The notes under the pieces: generated by a model | Seen by the model: only the letters and a program-made list of their open reading frames with translations | Told to the model about the DNA's origin: nothing | The model's database searches: none | From: an uncultured Bdellovibrio sp. | GTDB taxonomy: Bacteria > Bdellovibrionota > Bdellovibrionia > Bdellovibrionales > Bdellovibrionaceae | Assembly (NCBI GenBank): GCA_963932905.1 | Contig: CAWVRN010000006.1 | Coordinates: 1 to 64,000, forward strand | DNA: 64,000 nucleotides | Reading direction: 5' to 3' | In this document: piece after piece, positions 24,901 to 34,195 of the stretch | How positions within the stretch are numbered: position 1 is the stretch's first letter | Layout of the letters: every line of letters starts with the position of its first letter | Program-made: the position numbers and the translations under genes

Positions 24901-26084
24901 TACGCAGTAGATGATTCTAAAGTAGGAGGCTCACCAGGACGTAGACGTTTGTAGATCTCTACCAACGCTTCGTCTTTGTTGTTAACTTTATCTACTAATA
25001 ATGTGTTTCTTAAGTAAGGACCAACCGTCAAACCATCGAAGAAAATTAGGTAGAATTTATCGATACCCGCTTCGATTGCTTTTCTAACAACAGCTGCGTT
25101 TAACTCAGAGTTAGCATCGCTGATGATCTCACCAGTGCTTTCATCGATTAAAGGCTTAGCTAAAACTTTTCCATCTAAATCGGCTGGGTTAACTTCAAGT
25201 TCTGTTAAGTTAATTTCTTTGATACGCTTAACGATTGCACGTGTAATACGACGACCCGCTTTAACGATCACTTCTTTAGATTTAGGATCCAAGATGTCAA
25301 CAAGAGCTCTTTGGCCCGACATTCTTTCGATTTCTAGTTTTCTAAATAATTTGCCACCTTTTACAGTCACTTCATCAAGATCATAGAAGAACTCAAGAAG
25401 CTGTTCTGAATTGTAGCCTAATGCTTTCAATAGGATAGTAACTGGGAATTTACGACGACGATCGATACGTACGTGGATAAGATCTTTTTGGTCGAACTCA
25501 ACGTCTAACCAAGAACCACGGTAAGGAATCACGCGTGCAGAGTATATCAATTTACCAGACACATTGTTCTTACCACCATCGTGGTCAAAGAAAACGCCTG
25601 GAGATCTATGCAACTGAGACACAACAACGCGCTCAGTACCATTGATGATGAAAGAACCCGATGAAGTCATCAACGGGATTTCGCCCAAGTAAACCTCTTG
25701 TTCTTTAACATCGCGGATGCTGCGAGAACCTGATTCTTCGTCAACATCGAATACGATTAAACGTAATGTAACTTTGATAGGAGCAGCGAACGTCATACCA
25801 CGCTGACGGCACTCTTCCACATCGTATTTAGCCGGCTCAAGAGTGTAGCTTACGAACTCAAGACTTGCTGTATTGTTAAAATCACTTACTGGAAATACGC
25901 TTTTGAAAACGCCGTTTAAACCGGCCATTCCTCTGCGATCTGGATCCATGTCCTTTTGCAAGAAAGCCTCGTATGAGCTTTTTTGCAGCTCAATCAAATT
26001 TGGAATTTCGATAAGCTGTTTGTTTTTGGAAAAAGTTTTTCTGATACGAACATTAGAGGCGGTTACATGGATATTTTCCATCAA
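21903..26084 (-). CDS. rpoB: RNA polymerase beta subunit
   Basis: [46 protein letters not shown]. Confidence 0.99.
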   Translation of the reverse strand: MMENIHVTASNVRIRKTFSKNKQLIEIPNLIELQKSSYEAFLQKDMDPDRRGMAGLNGVFKSVFPVSDFNNTASLEFVSYTLEPAKYDVEECRQRGMTFAAPIKVTLRLIVFDVDEESGSRSIRDVKEQEVYLGEIPLMTSSGSFIINGTERVVVSQLHRSPGVFFDHDGGKNNVSGKLIYSARVIPYRGSWLDVEFDQKDLIHVRIDRRRKFPVTILLKALGYNSEQLLEFFYDLDEVTVKGGKLFRKLEIERMSGQRALVDILDPKSKEVIVKAGRRITRAIVKRIKEINLTELEVNPADLDGKVLAKPLIDESTGEIISDANSELNAAVVRKAIEAGIDKFYLIFFDGLTVGPYLRNTLLVDKVNNKDEALVEIYKRLRPGEPPTLESSTAYFEKLFFDPETYDLSEVGRIKINHKFNISMDEVPPSFRVLTKHDILSTVKTLIDLKNGKGVVDDIDHLGNRRVRSVGELLENQYRIGLVRMERAIRERMSLQDVETMMPHDLVNAKPVNAVVKEFFGASQLSQFMDQTNPLSEITHKRRLSALGPGGLTRDRAGFEVRDVHPTHYGRICPIETPEGPNIGLIASLATYARINNYGFIETPYRKVEEGKISTTISYTSALEEAGHSIAQATRDNMASNIIDQANVTVRKDGEYELVDKDKVTLMEVSPSQLVSIAASLIPFLEHDDANRALMGSNMQRQAVPLLRSRAPLVGTGVERLVARDSGTSVVAINDGIVEEIDASRIVVRRFAKGGELGANVDIYNLIKYQRTNQNTCFNQKPIVKTGDKVKKNDIIADGPSTELGELALGQNIRVAFTPWMGYNFEDSILISERLLHDDTYTSIHIEEFECIARDTKLGKEEISRDIANVGEEALKDLDTSGIVRIGADVRPGTILVGKVTPKGETQLSPEEKLLRAIFGEKAGDVRDTSLRVPSGVYGTVIDAQVYSREGSERDERLSVIIEEKKKKLEKDLSVEINVIKNNAIEKLRSILVGKKTTGVLLNEDGSQKLLNKGQDITNADLETIPFELLSYIPLESDLEFQVAKIVDSARNQLDAVKMVFNEKIDRLKKGDELPPGVIKMVKVYVAIKRKLQVGDKFAGRHGNKGVVSKVLPVEDMPYLADGSPVDMVLNPLGVPSRMNIGQILEVHLGWAAQSLGNQISRYLDNWDKEGFRKELKNIYDDAEISAKIDSADEESLKKILKSVKYGVHVDTPVFDGASEADIKNLLKKAELPERGQTILFDGRSGEPFTNPVTVGIMYMLKLHHLVEEKIHARSIGPYSLVSQQPLGGKAQFGGQRLGEMEVWAIEAYGAAYSLQEFLTVKSDDVAGRTRMYESIVKGENILEPGLPESFNVLVKELQSLALNVQLVESDILTDKQEEETTEEDLSSEAPKH

Positions 26085-26167
26085 ATCTCCCGAGCAGAAA
26101 CGAATGAATGATTTTAATAATTAAGCAATCTATAACGTTTAGTAACTAAATCAAATTTTGGCCAATG

Positions 26168-26201
26168 AAAAATAGGGAGCGCCGCGTTGCGTGCTCCCTA
26201 T
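26168..26201 (-). terminator. Intrinsic terminator/attenuator between rplL and rpoB
   Basis: ATAGGGAGCACGC-AAC-GCGGCGCTCCCTATTTTT on the minus strand. Confidence 0.8.
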
Positions 26202-26221
26202 CTGTATAATAACTACAAAAA

Positions 26222-26599
26222 TTACTTAACAGTAACTTTAGCGCCAGCTGCTTCAAGCTGTTTTTTGATTTTTTCAGCGTCTTCTTTAGTAGCGCCTTCT
26301 TTAACTGTTTTGTTACCAGCTTCTACTAGAGCTTTAGCTTCAGCTAAACCTAGAGCAGTGATAGCGCGAACTTCTTTAATAACGTTGATTTTGTTAGCGC
26401 CGCCATCAACTAGGATAACGTCGAAAGCTGTTTTTTCTTCAGCAGGTGCGCCACCAGCTGCACCACCAGCAGCTGCTACAGCTACTGGAGCTGCTGCAGA
26501 CACGCCCCATTTAGTTTCTAAAGCTTTTACAAGCTCAGCGATTTCTAGAACTGTTTTTTGTGATAATTCTTCAACTAATTGTTCATTTGTTAATGCCAT
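26222..26599 (-). CDS. rplL: 50S ribosomal protein bL12
   Basis: [10 protein letters not shown] hinge, [20 protein letters not shown]. Confidence 0.99.
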   Translation of the reverse strand: MALTNEQLVEELSQKTVLEIAELVKALETKWGVSAAAPVAVAAAGGAAGGAPAEEKTAFDVILVDGGANKINVIKEVRAITALGLAEAKALVEAGNKTVKEGATKEDAEKIKKQLEAAGAKVTVK

Positions 26600-26628
26600 T
26601 GTATTCTCCTAAATATTTTTTAATTTAA

Positions 26629-27150
26629 TTATGCTTGTTCTGATTTTGCTTTAAGTACTCGTGCAAATGCCGTTGGTACTTCGTTTAGTATGCGTACTGC
26701 TTGAGTTGCTGGTGTATTTAATAACGCCAAGAACTGCGCGCGAATAACATCTTTGCTTGGTAATGTAGAGATGAAGTTGATTGATTTCTCATCCAACTTT
26801 TTGCCTTCCATAAAGCCAGTCTTTAACTGAAACACCTCGAAATCTTTGGCGTATGTAGTTAAAGCTTTGGCAGTAGCGGCAACGTCACCATAAGCAAATA
26901 CGAATGCGTTTGTCCCTTTAAATGAAGTAGACAATGCATCTGTCATCGCTTGATTACCTTGCAGAGCTCGTTTAGCTAGCGTATTACGCACAACTTTCAT
27001 TTCTGAATTTACTGGGAAAAGTTTTTTACGCAAGTCAGTAACTTGCTCAACTTTAAGACCTTTAAAATCAACGATGAATGCGGCTTTTGATTTAGCTAAT
27101 TTTTCCGATAGAGATTTGATCTCGTTTTCTTTGATAGCTCTAGTGATCAC
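26629..27150 (-). CDS. rplJ: 50S ribosomal protein uL10
   Basis: DFKGLKV, KVVRNTLAKRA, LPSKD; start moved to GAGGAGG-led GTG at 27150. Confidence 0.97.
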   Translation of the reverse strand: MITRAIKENEIKSLSEKLAKSKAAFIVDFKGLKVEQVTDLRKKLFPVNSEMKVVRNTLAKRALQGNQAMTDALSTSFKGTNAFVFAYGDVAATAKALTTYAKDFEVFQLKTGFMEGKKLDEKSINFISTLPSKDVIRAQFLALLNTPATQAVRILNEVPTAFARVLKAKSEQA

Positions 27151-27266
27151 TATTATCCTCCTTTCGTAGAATTGGTGCGAACAGGCAGGATTGCTGCTTA
27201 TTTTTTTCAATCTCGGCAGGCGCTTTCACATTAAACCCTTACGGGAACCTACTGTCTCTGATCGCA
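27151..27266 (-). promoter_or_regulatory. L10 leader (rplJ autoregulatory RNA)
   Basis: AGACAGTAGG...TTTAA...CCTGCCGAG motif upstream of rplJ matches the L10-leader consensus. Confidence 0.8.
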
Positions 27267-27285
27267 AATAAAATGTTTAAAAACA

Positions 27286-27305
27286 TTCGCCCCTTACGGG
27301 GCGAA
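27286..27305 (-). terminator. Strong hairpin after rplA
   Basis: TTCGCCCC-GTAA-GGGGCGAA then TGTTTTT. Confidence 0.6.
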
Positions 27306-27325
27306 AAAAATAACTTAACTAATAA

Positions 27326-28027
27326 CTATTCTTCTCTATTACCTAAAGCTTCATTAGTATCTACTTTAATACCAGGACCCATTGTACTAGATACAGTTAG
27401 GGACTTGATGTAAACACCTTTTGAAGTTGCCGGTTTTGCTTTAAGGATCGCACCCAAGAAAGACATGAAGTTTTCCTTAAGCTTGTCTGATCCCAAAGAC
27501 TTTTTACCAATACCAGCATGAACGATTCCGGCCTTATCAACACGGAAATCAAGCTTACCTTTTTTCTCAGCAGTAACAGCATCACCAACATTCATGGTAA
27601 CAGTTCCTACTTTAGGATTTGGCATTAAACCGCGAGGCCCAAGAACCTTAGCTACTTTCGATACAGTCGTCATCATGTCAGGAGTCGCGATAGCTTTATC
27701 GAAATCTAACCAACCACCTTGAATTTTTTCAACTAGATCATCAGCACCTACGTAATCAGCACCCGCATTTTTCGCCTCAGCCTCTTTTGGACCTTTAGCA
27801 AACACTACAACGCGTACTGATTTACCAAGACCATGAGGAAGAGCGATAGCACCACGAACTTGCTGATCTGATTGTTTAGGATCAACACCTAAACGAAACG
27901 CCACGTCGATTGTTTCATCAAACTTAGCCGGAGCTACCTGAGTCACAAGCGCGAATGCTTCAGCAATTGAATGCTTTTTATCTGCAACAACTTTTTCTTT
28001 AACTTTTCTATATTTTTTACCCGACAT
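27326..28027 (-). CDS. rplA: 50S ribosomal protein uL1
   Basis: KFDETID, LGPRGLMPNPKVGTV, SSTMGPG. Confidence 0.99.
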   Translation of the reverse strand: MSGKKYRKVKEKVVADKKHSIAEAFALVTQVAPAKFDETIDVAFRLGVDPKQSDQQVRGAIALPHGLGKSVRVVVFAKGPKEAEAKNAGADYVGADDLVEKIQGGWLDFDKAIATPDMMTTVSKVAKVLGPRGLMPNPKVGTVTMNVGDAVTAEKKGKLDFRVDKAGIVHAGIGKKSLGSDKLKENFMSFLGAILKAKPATSKGVYIKSLTVSSTMGPGIKVDTNEALGNREE

Positions 28028-28030
28028 TCA

Positions 28031-28456
28031 CTACTCCTGATACTCGATGCCCATGCTTTTGGCTGTTCCTACAACTTGGTTCATCGCTGATTCAACTTTC
28101 ATACAGTTCAAATCAGGAAGTTTAGTTGTAGCGATTGCTTTAACTTCGGCTAATTTTATTTTGCCTACTTTGTCCTTCTGAGGCTGTTTAGAACCTGAAG
28201 TCAGCTTTAAAGCTTTCTTTATTAAAGACGATACCGGAGGCGTCTTCGTGATGAAGGTAAACGAGCGATCTTGATAAACAGTGATGATTATCGGAATGAT
28301 ATCATCGCCCAACTTCGATGTTCTCGCGTTGAACTGTTTACAAAATTCCATGATGTTAACACCATGTTGCCCGAGTGCCGGTCCCACGGGAGGCGCTGGA
28401 TTTGCCTTTCCTGCCGGTATTTGCAATTTGATCATACCTGTAACTTTTTTTGCCAT
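28031..28456 (-). CDS. rplK: 50S ribosomal protein uL11
   Basis: [26 protein letters not shown]; start at ATG 28456. Confidence 0.99.
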   Translation of the reverse strand: MAKKVTGMIKLQIPAGKANPAPPVGPALGQHGVNIMEFCKQFNARTSKLGDDIIPIIITVYQDRSFTFITKTPPVSSLIKKALKLTSGSKQPQKDKVGKIKLAEVKAIATTKLPDLNCMKVESAMNQVVGTAKSMGIEYQE

Positions 28457-28481
28457 TTCCCACTCCTGCAAATATAAACGA

Positions 28482-28509
28482 ATACCCCTTCTATTCTAAA
28501 AAGGGGTAT
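28482..28509. other. Hairpin in the nusG-rplK intergenic region
   Basis: ATACCCCTT / AAGGGGTAT inverted repeat. Confidence 0.6.
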
Positions 28510-28536
28510 AAGCCAAATATTATTTTATAGTTTGAA

Positions 28537-29079
28537 TTAATTTTTTTCGACTTGAACGAAATCTAGTTCAACTGGCGTCGAACGACCGAAAATACTTACG
28601 GCTACTTTTACTTTGCCTTTATCTTCGTTAATTTCCTCTACAACACCATTGAAGTTGCTGAAAGGGCCGTCGACAACGATAACTGCGTCACCCACAGAGT
28701 ATTTGATCTTCTGCTTAGGTTTTTCAGCGATACCCGCCATTTGCTGCGTCACGCGCATAACTTCATGCTCAGGAACTTCTGGTGGTCTTAATTTTCCACC
28801 TACGAAACCAGAAACTTTAGAAGATTGTCTTACAAGCTGCCAAGTTTCATCGTTTAAGTTCATTTTAATAAAGATATAACCTGGGAAAAACTTTCTAGAT
28901 TTTGTTTGTTTTTGACCTTTTACAAGCTCAACAACATTCTCAGACGGGATTAAGATCTCGCCAAAGTGTTTTTCCATTTTTTTAGTTTTGATTTTTTCTT
29001 CAATGGCAGACTTAGCTGTTTGCTCGCAGCCAACTTGAGTATTTACAATGTACCATTTGTGTTGAAGTTCTTGATCCAT
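28537..29079 (-). CDS. nusG: Transcription factor NusG
   Basis: WYIV, KFFPGYIF, KOW motif GPFSNFNGVV, IFGRSTPVEL. Confidence 0.99.
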   Translation of the reverse strand: MDQELQHKWYIVNTQVGCEQTAKSAIEEKIKTKKMEKHFGEILIPSENVVELVKGQKQTKSRKFFPGYIFIKMNLNDETWQLVRQSSKVSGFVGGKLRPPEVPEHEVMRVTQQMAGIAEKPKQKIKYSVGDAVIVVDGPFSNFNGVVEEINEDKGKVKVAVSIFGRSTPVELDFVQVEKN

Positions 29080-29093
29080 TACTGACTCCTGCC

Positions 29094-29471
29094 CTAGTTA
29101 ATGATACCCTTAACGATAAAGTTAGATAAAAAGTCGAAAACAGTAATGATCACAGACGAAATTAATACAAATACGATCACAACCACTGTCAAAGCCGATA
29201 CGTCTTTACGAGATGGGAAAACAACTTTAGCGATTTCGATAACTACTTCACGTCCCCAAGCCATTACCTTAGGGTTAAATTGCAAAAACAAGAAAAGACC
29301 AAAACCTATAATCACCGGTAAACCATGCTTAAATAGGTCATTTTCATTCAAACGAGCGATAACGGCAAATGCGCCAGAGAACGATTTCAAAATTAAATGC
29401 AGGCTGAAACCGATAAGAAATGCGAAAATCGCGAAACTTAAAGTTAATATTTTTTCATTATTTTTATTCAT
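29094..29471 (-). CDS. secE: Preprotein translocase SecE (three-TM form)
   Basis: EIAKVVFPSRKD before the C-terminal TM; upstream of nusG. Confidence 0.95.
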   Translation of the reverse strand: MNKNNEKILTLSFAIFAFLIGFSLHLILKSFSGAFAVIARLNENDLFKHGLPVIIGFGLFLFLQFNPKVMAWGREVVIEIAKVVFPSRKDVSALTVVVIVFVLISSVIITVFDFLSNFIVKGIIN

Positions 29472-29530
29472 ACAACTCTCGCTAACTTTTTATAAAGCTT
29501 ACTTCAGATCCAGCTGAAGTCCAGATAAAT

Positions 29531-29606
29531 TGGCAGGGGCGGAGGGATTCGAACCCACGACCTAACGATTTGGAGTCGTTCGCTCTACCGCTAGAGCTAC
29601 ACCCCT
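29531..29606 (-). tRNA. tRNA-Trp(CCA)
   Basis: AGGGGTGTAGCTC...AACGA-CTCCAAA-TCGTT...TTCGAAT...GCCA. Confidence 0.97.
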
Positions 29607-29610
29607 AAAC

Positions 29611-29644
29611 AAAAAAACCCCCAGATATAACTCTGGGGGTTTTT
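29611..29644 (-). terminator. Intrinsic terminator after tuf
   Basis: AAAACCCCCAGA / TCTGGGGGTTTT hairpin with A and T tracts. Confidence 0.85.
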
Positions 29645-29651
29645 AGAAATA

Positions 29652-30842
29652 CTATTCGATGATTTCGACAACTACGCCGGCACCAACAGTTCTACCACCC
29701 TCACGGATAGCAAAACGTAGTTCTTTTTCCATTGCGATTGGGTTGATCAATTCAACTGCAATCTCAACACGGTCACCAGGCATAACCATTTCTGTTCCCG
29801 CTTTAAGAGTTACAACACCTGTAACGTCAGTAGTACGGAAATAGAACTGAGGACGGTATCCGTTGAAGAATGGAGTATGACGTCCGCCTTCTTCTTTTGT
29901 AAGGATGTACGCTTCAGCTTTGAATTTTTTATGAGGTTTAACAGTTCCTGGTTTAGCAAGAACTTGTCCACGCTCAACGTCTTCTTTTTTAGTACCACGA
30001 AGAAGAACACCACAGTTGTCTCCCGCTTGACCTTCATCTAACAACTTACGGAACATTTCGATACCAGTAACAGTTGTTTTTTGAGTTGGGCGAAGACCAA
30101 CGATTTCGATCTCTTCATTGATTTTGATGATACCACGTTCAACACGGCCAGTAACAACTGTACCACGACCAGAGATTGAGAACACGTCCTCAACTGGCAT
30201 CAAGAAAGTTTTATCAACGGCACGAACTGGAGTTGGGATGTAAGAATCACAAGCAGCCATTAACGCTTTGATTGAAGGGCGACCTAGTTCAGAAGTATCA
30301 CCTTCTAAAGCCAATTTCGCAGAACCTTTTACTATTGGAATCTTATCACCAGGGAATTCGTACTTGCTTAGTAGCTCACGAACTTCCATTTCAACAAGCT
30401 CAAGAAGATCTTTATCATCAACCATGTCCACTTTGTTCATAAACACAACAAGAGCTGGAACACCTACTTGACGCGCAAGAAGGATGTGCTCACGTGTTTG
30501 AGGCATAGGACCGTCAGCTGCAGAAACTACTAGGATTGCTCCGTCCATTTGTGCGGCACCAGTGATCATGTTTTTTACGTAATCGGCATGCCCTGGGCAG
30601 TCAACGTGTGCATAGTGGCGGTTTTCTGTTTCATACTCAACGTGAGTAGTAGAGATAGTGATACCACGTTCTCTTTCTTCAGGTGACTTATCGATTTGAT
30701 CGTAAGACATCGCCGCAGCTTTACCTTCAGTTGCTAGTGTTGTAGTGATCGCAGCAGTTAAAGTCGTTTTACCATGATCGACGTGACCAATAGTACCGAT
30801 GTTTACATGCGGCTTACTTCTGTTAAACTTCTCTTTAGACAT
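29652..30842 (-). CDS. tuf: Elongation factor Tu
   Basis: [36 protein letters not shown]. Confidence 0.99.
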   Translation of the reverse strand: MSKEKFNRSKPHVNIGTIGHVDHGKTTLTAAITTTLATEGKAAAMSYDQIDKSPEERERGITISTTHVEYETENRHYAHVDCPGHADYVKNMITGAAQMDGAILVVSAADGPMPQTREHILLARQVGVPALVVFMNKVDMVDDKDLLELVEMEVRELLSKYEFPGDKIPIVKGSAKLALEGDTSELGRPSIKALMAACDSYIPTPVRAVDKTFLMPVEDVFSISGRGTVVTGRVERGIIKINEEIEIVGLRPTQKTTVTGIEMFRKLLDEGQAGDNCGVLLRGTKKEDVERGQVLAKPGTVKPHKKFKAEAYILTKEEGGRHTPFFNGYRPQFYFRTTDVTGVVTLKAGTEMVMPGDRVEIAVELINPIAMEKELRFAIREGGRTVGAGVVVEIIE

Positions 30843-30931
30843 TATTCCTCCTGCAGAGATATTTTTGTTTTTTATAAACAGTTTACTTTTAAATTTCCAA
30901 ACTAACTAAATTTCACGGCCTTCTATTAAAG

Positions 30932-31006
30932 TGGAGCCCGTGATCGGAGCCGAACCGACGACCTCACCCTTACCAAGGGTGCGCTCTACCACTGAGCTAC
31001 ACGGGC
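30932..31006 (-). tRNA. tRNA-Thr(GGU)
   Basis: Cloverleaf with CACCC-TTGGTAA-GGGTG arm; CCA encoded; T-loop TTCGGCT. Confidence 0.95.
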
Positions 31007-31058
31007 GACAAATTTCTATATACGGTATGCAGCATACAGCACACTTTATACAGAAAAT

Positions 31059-31135
31059 TGGAGCGGGAGACGGGTCTCGAACCCGCAACCCTCTGCTTGG
31101 AAGGCAGATACTCTAGCCAATTGAGCTACTCCCGC
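31059..31135 (-). tRNA. tRNA-Gly(UCC)
   Basis: GCGGGAGTAGCTCA...CTTCCAA...TCCA. Confidence 0.97.
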
Positions 31136-31221
31136 TTCGGATCATGCTTAAAAGGTTTAATTCCTTATTTAGGAGTTACACCTTTTAAGCATCATCTCTA
31201 TTGCCCGTTTTCAAAAAAACT

Positions 31222-31307
31222 TGGTGGACAGGGAAGGATTCGAACCTTCGTAGACGTAAGCCAACGGATTTACAGTCCGTCCCCTTTAGCCACTCGGGCA
31301 CCTGTCC
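31222..31307 (-). tRNA. tRNA-Tyr(GUA)
   Basis: 86 nt, long variable arm, ACGGA-CTGTAAA-TCCGT arm. Confidence 0.97.
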
Positions 31308-31317
31308 CCGAAAAAAA

Positions 31318-31393
31318 TGGAGCTGGTTATGGGACTCGAACCCGCAACCTGCTGATTACAAATCAGCTGCTCTACCAATTGAGCTAAACCAGC
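31318..31393 (-). tRNA. tRNA-Thr(UGU)
   Basis: GCTGA-TTTGTAA-TCAGC arm; CCA end. Confidence 0.97.
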
Positions 31394-31452
31394 AACAAAA
31401 TATTATCTAAAACAAAAACGATTTATTGATCTTGTGAAAAGATAACCAAACT

Positions 31453-31481
31453 TATTTATTAATAAATGCGGACAGAGTCAA
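31453..31481 (-). promoter_or_regulatory. Putative promoter of the tRNA-tuf operon (TTGACT-N17-TAAATA)
   Basis: Consensus -35, 17-nt spacer, AT-rich upstream region. Confidence 0.55.
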
Positions 31482-31605
31482 AGATAATTATTTCACTTGA
31501 ACGTAACTGAACGCGGCATATCCTTTTCACCCCTGAGTTTTTCAGGGTTACCTGGACGCTCGGACCCCCAAAAAGTAGTTCGAAAAATAGGCATTTCCTT
31601 CCATA

Positions 31606-32403
31606 TTATCGCTTGGAAGAACGACCACTAAAGTGCTGTCGGCGATATTCATATAGGGATAAAGCAGCTGCGACGGAGACATTAAAACTAGCCTCCGAAG
31701 ATGCTTGCGGAATAGACACCAGTTCGTCGCACAGGGTTTCCGTGGTCGATCTTAGCCCCTTATCCTCGGCTCCCAGTATGAAAATAGTTCTCGGAGCTAA
31801 CTCTACGTCAAAGATGGTCTTTTTACCTTTATGACTAAGTCCATACACCCAAAAACCGATCTCCTTATAGTGCTCGATTGGATTTTTGAAATTTGTTTCC
31901 GCAGTGATCGGAACATGTTCAACGCCGCCGCAGGCCACCTTGTGAGTGGTTGGCGTTAAATCAACCGAACGATTATCGGGAATATAAATTCCATCTACAT
32001 TTAATAACCAACTAGAACGCGTGATCGCACCCAAATTATGTGGATCTTCGACTCCATCTAAAAATAGGAGAAGACTTTTCTCCCCTATATTATTTTCATT
32101 AAATTCAGGACGGTCCTTGGCCCAAGCTAAGCAGTTCTGGTGATTTTGGTAAAGTCCGTCTAATACCGGCTTTGCCTTTTCTTCCGCTATAAATCTATGT
32201 TTTTTGGACATTTCAATAATGAATGTCTTTAGCGGAGCCTGAGTTTCTTTAGTGTAGATTATTTTTGAAATGTGAGAAGGATTTACTTTTAGCGCTTCTT
32301 GAATCGCGTGCGTTCCAGCAATCAGCCTCTCAGAATTATTTACTGATGGTCGTGAAGGCCGATCAGTTCTCTTTTTGTTCACAAGTGTATCCTGACTTTT
32401 CAA
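31606..32403 (-). CDS. TrmH/SpoU family RNA 2'-O-methyltransferase (RlmB-like)
   Basis: LDGVEDPHNLGAITRS, ILGAEDKGL, SFNVSVAA; start uncertain. Confidence 0.92.
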   Translation of the reverse strand: MKSQDTLVNKKRTDRPSRPSVNNSERLIAGTHAIQEALKVNPSHISKIIYTKETQAPLKTFIIEMSKKHRFIAEEKAKPVLDGLYQNHQNCLAWAKDRPEFNENNIGEKSLLLFLDGVEDPHNLGAITRSSWLLNVDGIYIPDNRSVDLTPTTHKVACGGVEHVPITAETNFKNPIEHYKEIGFWVYGLSHKGKKTIFDVELAPRTIFILGAEDKGLRSTTETLCDELVSIPQASSEASFNVSVAAALSLYEYRRQHFSGRSSKR

Positions 32404-32857
32404 TAGTCGTTTTCATTTTTTCAAAAACAGATTCGCATACTGTTTTACCATTGTTCTGACGAGCTTGTGATTTTGTAGCCCCCGCTTTCATGTAGAACAG
32501 CTCACAACCCTGGCCTTTATATTCAATATATAGCTCACGAATTTCATTTCCATTTTTGCATATCACACTTTTCTGTGGACCGTTTGTTGATGGCATTGGC
32601 GGCGCTGCGGGTGTGGCGACTGAATTCGGAGCCGCATCAGCCGACTTTTGCACCGGAGCTTTTTCGTGGGCTTTATTCTGAGTTTGTGTCGTGTGCGACT
32701 GAGGGTGTTTTTGGTTTCTACGTTCGTATTCCATACGCGCTTTGATTTTCAAATCGTCAGAGCGAGTTGTTCCCAATTGAGAATCTTGCGCATTAACTGA
32801 ACTGGCGTGGGTTACTAAAAACACTAATGTAAATAATAAAATGTATTTCATTTTCAT
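32363..32857 (-). CDS. Secreted hypothetical protein with four-Cys C-terminal domain
   Basis: Signal peptide ending VNA, Pro/Ala linker, 4 Cys. Confidence 0.8.
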   Translation of the reverse strand: MKMKYILLFTLVFLVTHASSVNAQDSQLGTTRSDDLKIKARMEYERRNQKHPQSHTTQTQNKAHEKAPVQKSADAAPNSVATPAAPPMPSTNGPQKSVICKNGNEIRELYIEYKGQGCELFYMKAGATKSQARQNNGKTVCESVFEKMKTTIEKSGYTCEQKEN

Positions 32858-32859
32858 TC

Positions 32860-34074
32860 CTATTTTTTCTTTGTTCCTGTTTGTGCCTTAGCTAGTAAAT
32901 CACCGAATGTTCCTAAACCCTTTTTAGGAGCAGCGTTTGAGGCTGTGTGCTGCTTCCATGACTCATCGATTTCTTCAGACGCCAATGCTAGCAATACTTT
33001 GCGACCAACGGGATCGATTTGTTCGATCTGTAAATCTAAAACATCACCTTTATTTTTGTTGTCATAACTTTTCGCATCGGCCGAATCGCGCCATTTTGAG
33101 CGAGGGAATAGACCGTTGATTCCCGGCACAACAGTGACGAAATATCCAAACACTTCTTTTTTCTCGACGATACCTTTGATTTTAGTTCCTACCGGATAAT
33201 TCTTTTCAAACTCAACCCACGGATCGATCGCAGTTCCACCTTCTTTAATTGAAAGGGAAATTTTCATGCGATCACTATCATCAATTTTTAAAATTTTAGC
33301 TTGAACCGATTGCCCCACAGAAACAACGTCAGCTGGATTTTGCACGCGGCCCCAGGCTAGTTCAGAGACATGAACAAGACCTTCGACACCCGGTTGAATT
33401 TCTACAAAAGCACCATAGCGTTCTACTTTTGTGATACGGCCAGTGATAACATCGCCCACTTTGTATTTTTGCAAGAAAGTACCTTCGTTTTCGGCTTTTT
33501 GAAGATCTAAAATACGACGTCGGGACACTACGATATTTCGACCATTATTTTCAAACTGCGTGATCAGAAATTCAAACTTTTTATTTAAGTAAACTGTTTG
33601 ATCTGCCTCTGGTTTTGTGTCGATTTGACTGACCGGGCAGAACGCCAATTTTTTCTGTATTTCAACTCGGAAGCCGCCCTTTACGATCTCAGTCACTCGG
33701 CCCTCAACAGGGATTTCCATATCGAATGCATCTTCTAGCGTATCTGTCGCCGACGCGGACATTCGAGCTGATTTGTAGCGAAGAAGAATTTCGTCGTGAG
33801 TTACGCGAACGACGACGACTTCGATAACATCGCCCACTTTGTGAGTGATTTGCTTATCTTCATTTAAAAGTTCTGCCTTTGGCAAAACCCCGTCCATTGG
33901 AGTCCCTGTCGAAACGAACACAGAGTCACCATGAAGAGATACGATTTCGCCGCGGAATTCATCGCCTTTTTTAAGTTTGCGCGTTCCTGCCGTCATTGAT
34001 TGTTCAAACATCGAAGCAAAATCACCGTCATTTACTTTAATTTCATCACCGAATGCATCACGTTTTGTTGTCAT
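32860..34074 (-). CDS. S1-domain RNA-binding protein (short bS1-like, about four S1 repeats)
   Basis: DFASMFE N-helix, AFCPVSQID, YGAFVEI..GVEGLVHVSEL, GTFGDLL tail. Confidence 0.92.
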   Translation of the reverse strand: MTTKRDAFGDEIKVNDGDFASMFEQSMTAGTRKLKKGDEFRGEIVSLHGDSVFVSTGTPMDGVLPKAELLNEDKQITHKVGDVIEVVVVRVTHDEILLRYKSARMSASATDTLEDAFDMEIPVEGRVTEIVKGGFRVEIQKKLAFCPVSQIDTKPEADQTVYLNKKFEFLITQFENNGRNIVVSRRRILDLQKAENEGTFLQKYKVGDVITGRITKVERYGAFVEIQPGVEGLVHVSELAWGRVQNPADVVSVGQSVQAKILKIDDSDRMKISLSIKEGGTAIDPWVEFEKNYPVGTKIKGIVEKKEVFGYFVTVVPGINGLFPRSKWRDSADAKSYDNKNKGDVLDLQIEQIDPVGRKVLLALASEEIDESWKQHTASNAAPKKGLGTFGDLLAKAQTGTKKK

Positions 34075-34195
34075 AATTCCTTCTTTATCTATTCAATATT
34101 TTTAAACTTTACTTTTATGCCAGTAGTGTTTTTTACGCCCTGGCATCTTTTCCAAGCCAGCTACTTTGGGCCGCCGGCGCTGTTTACATTGCAAC

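Noticed and set aside
17252..26084. Antibiotic-resistance alleles in rpsL or the rpoB rifampicin region
   Set aside because: Motifs ([24 protein letters not shown]) are wild-type-like.
26187..26612. Plus-strand 141-aa ORF and similar antisense ORFs across the ribosomal cluster
   Set aside because: Expected open antisense frames from codon bias of highly expressed genes.
30906..31410. ORFs across the tRNA cluster
   Set aside because: Shadows of tRNA genes.
33445..33842. Exact 20-nt direct repeat GATAACATCGCCCACTTTGT
   Set aside because: Encodes KVGDVI in two S1 repeats; a domain-level repeat, not CRISPR or an att site.
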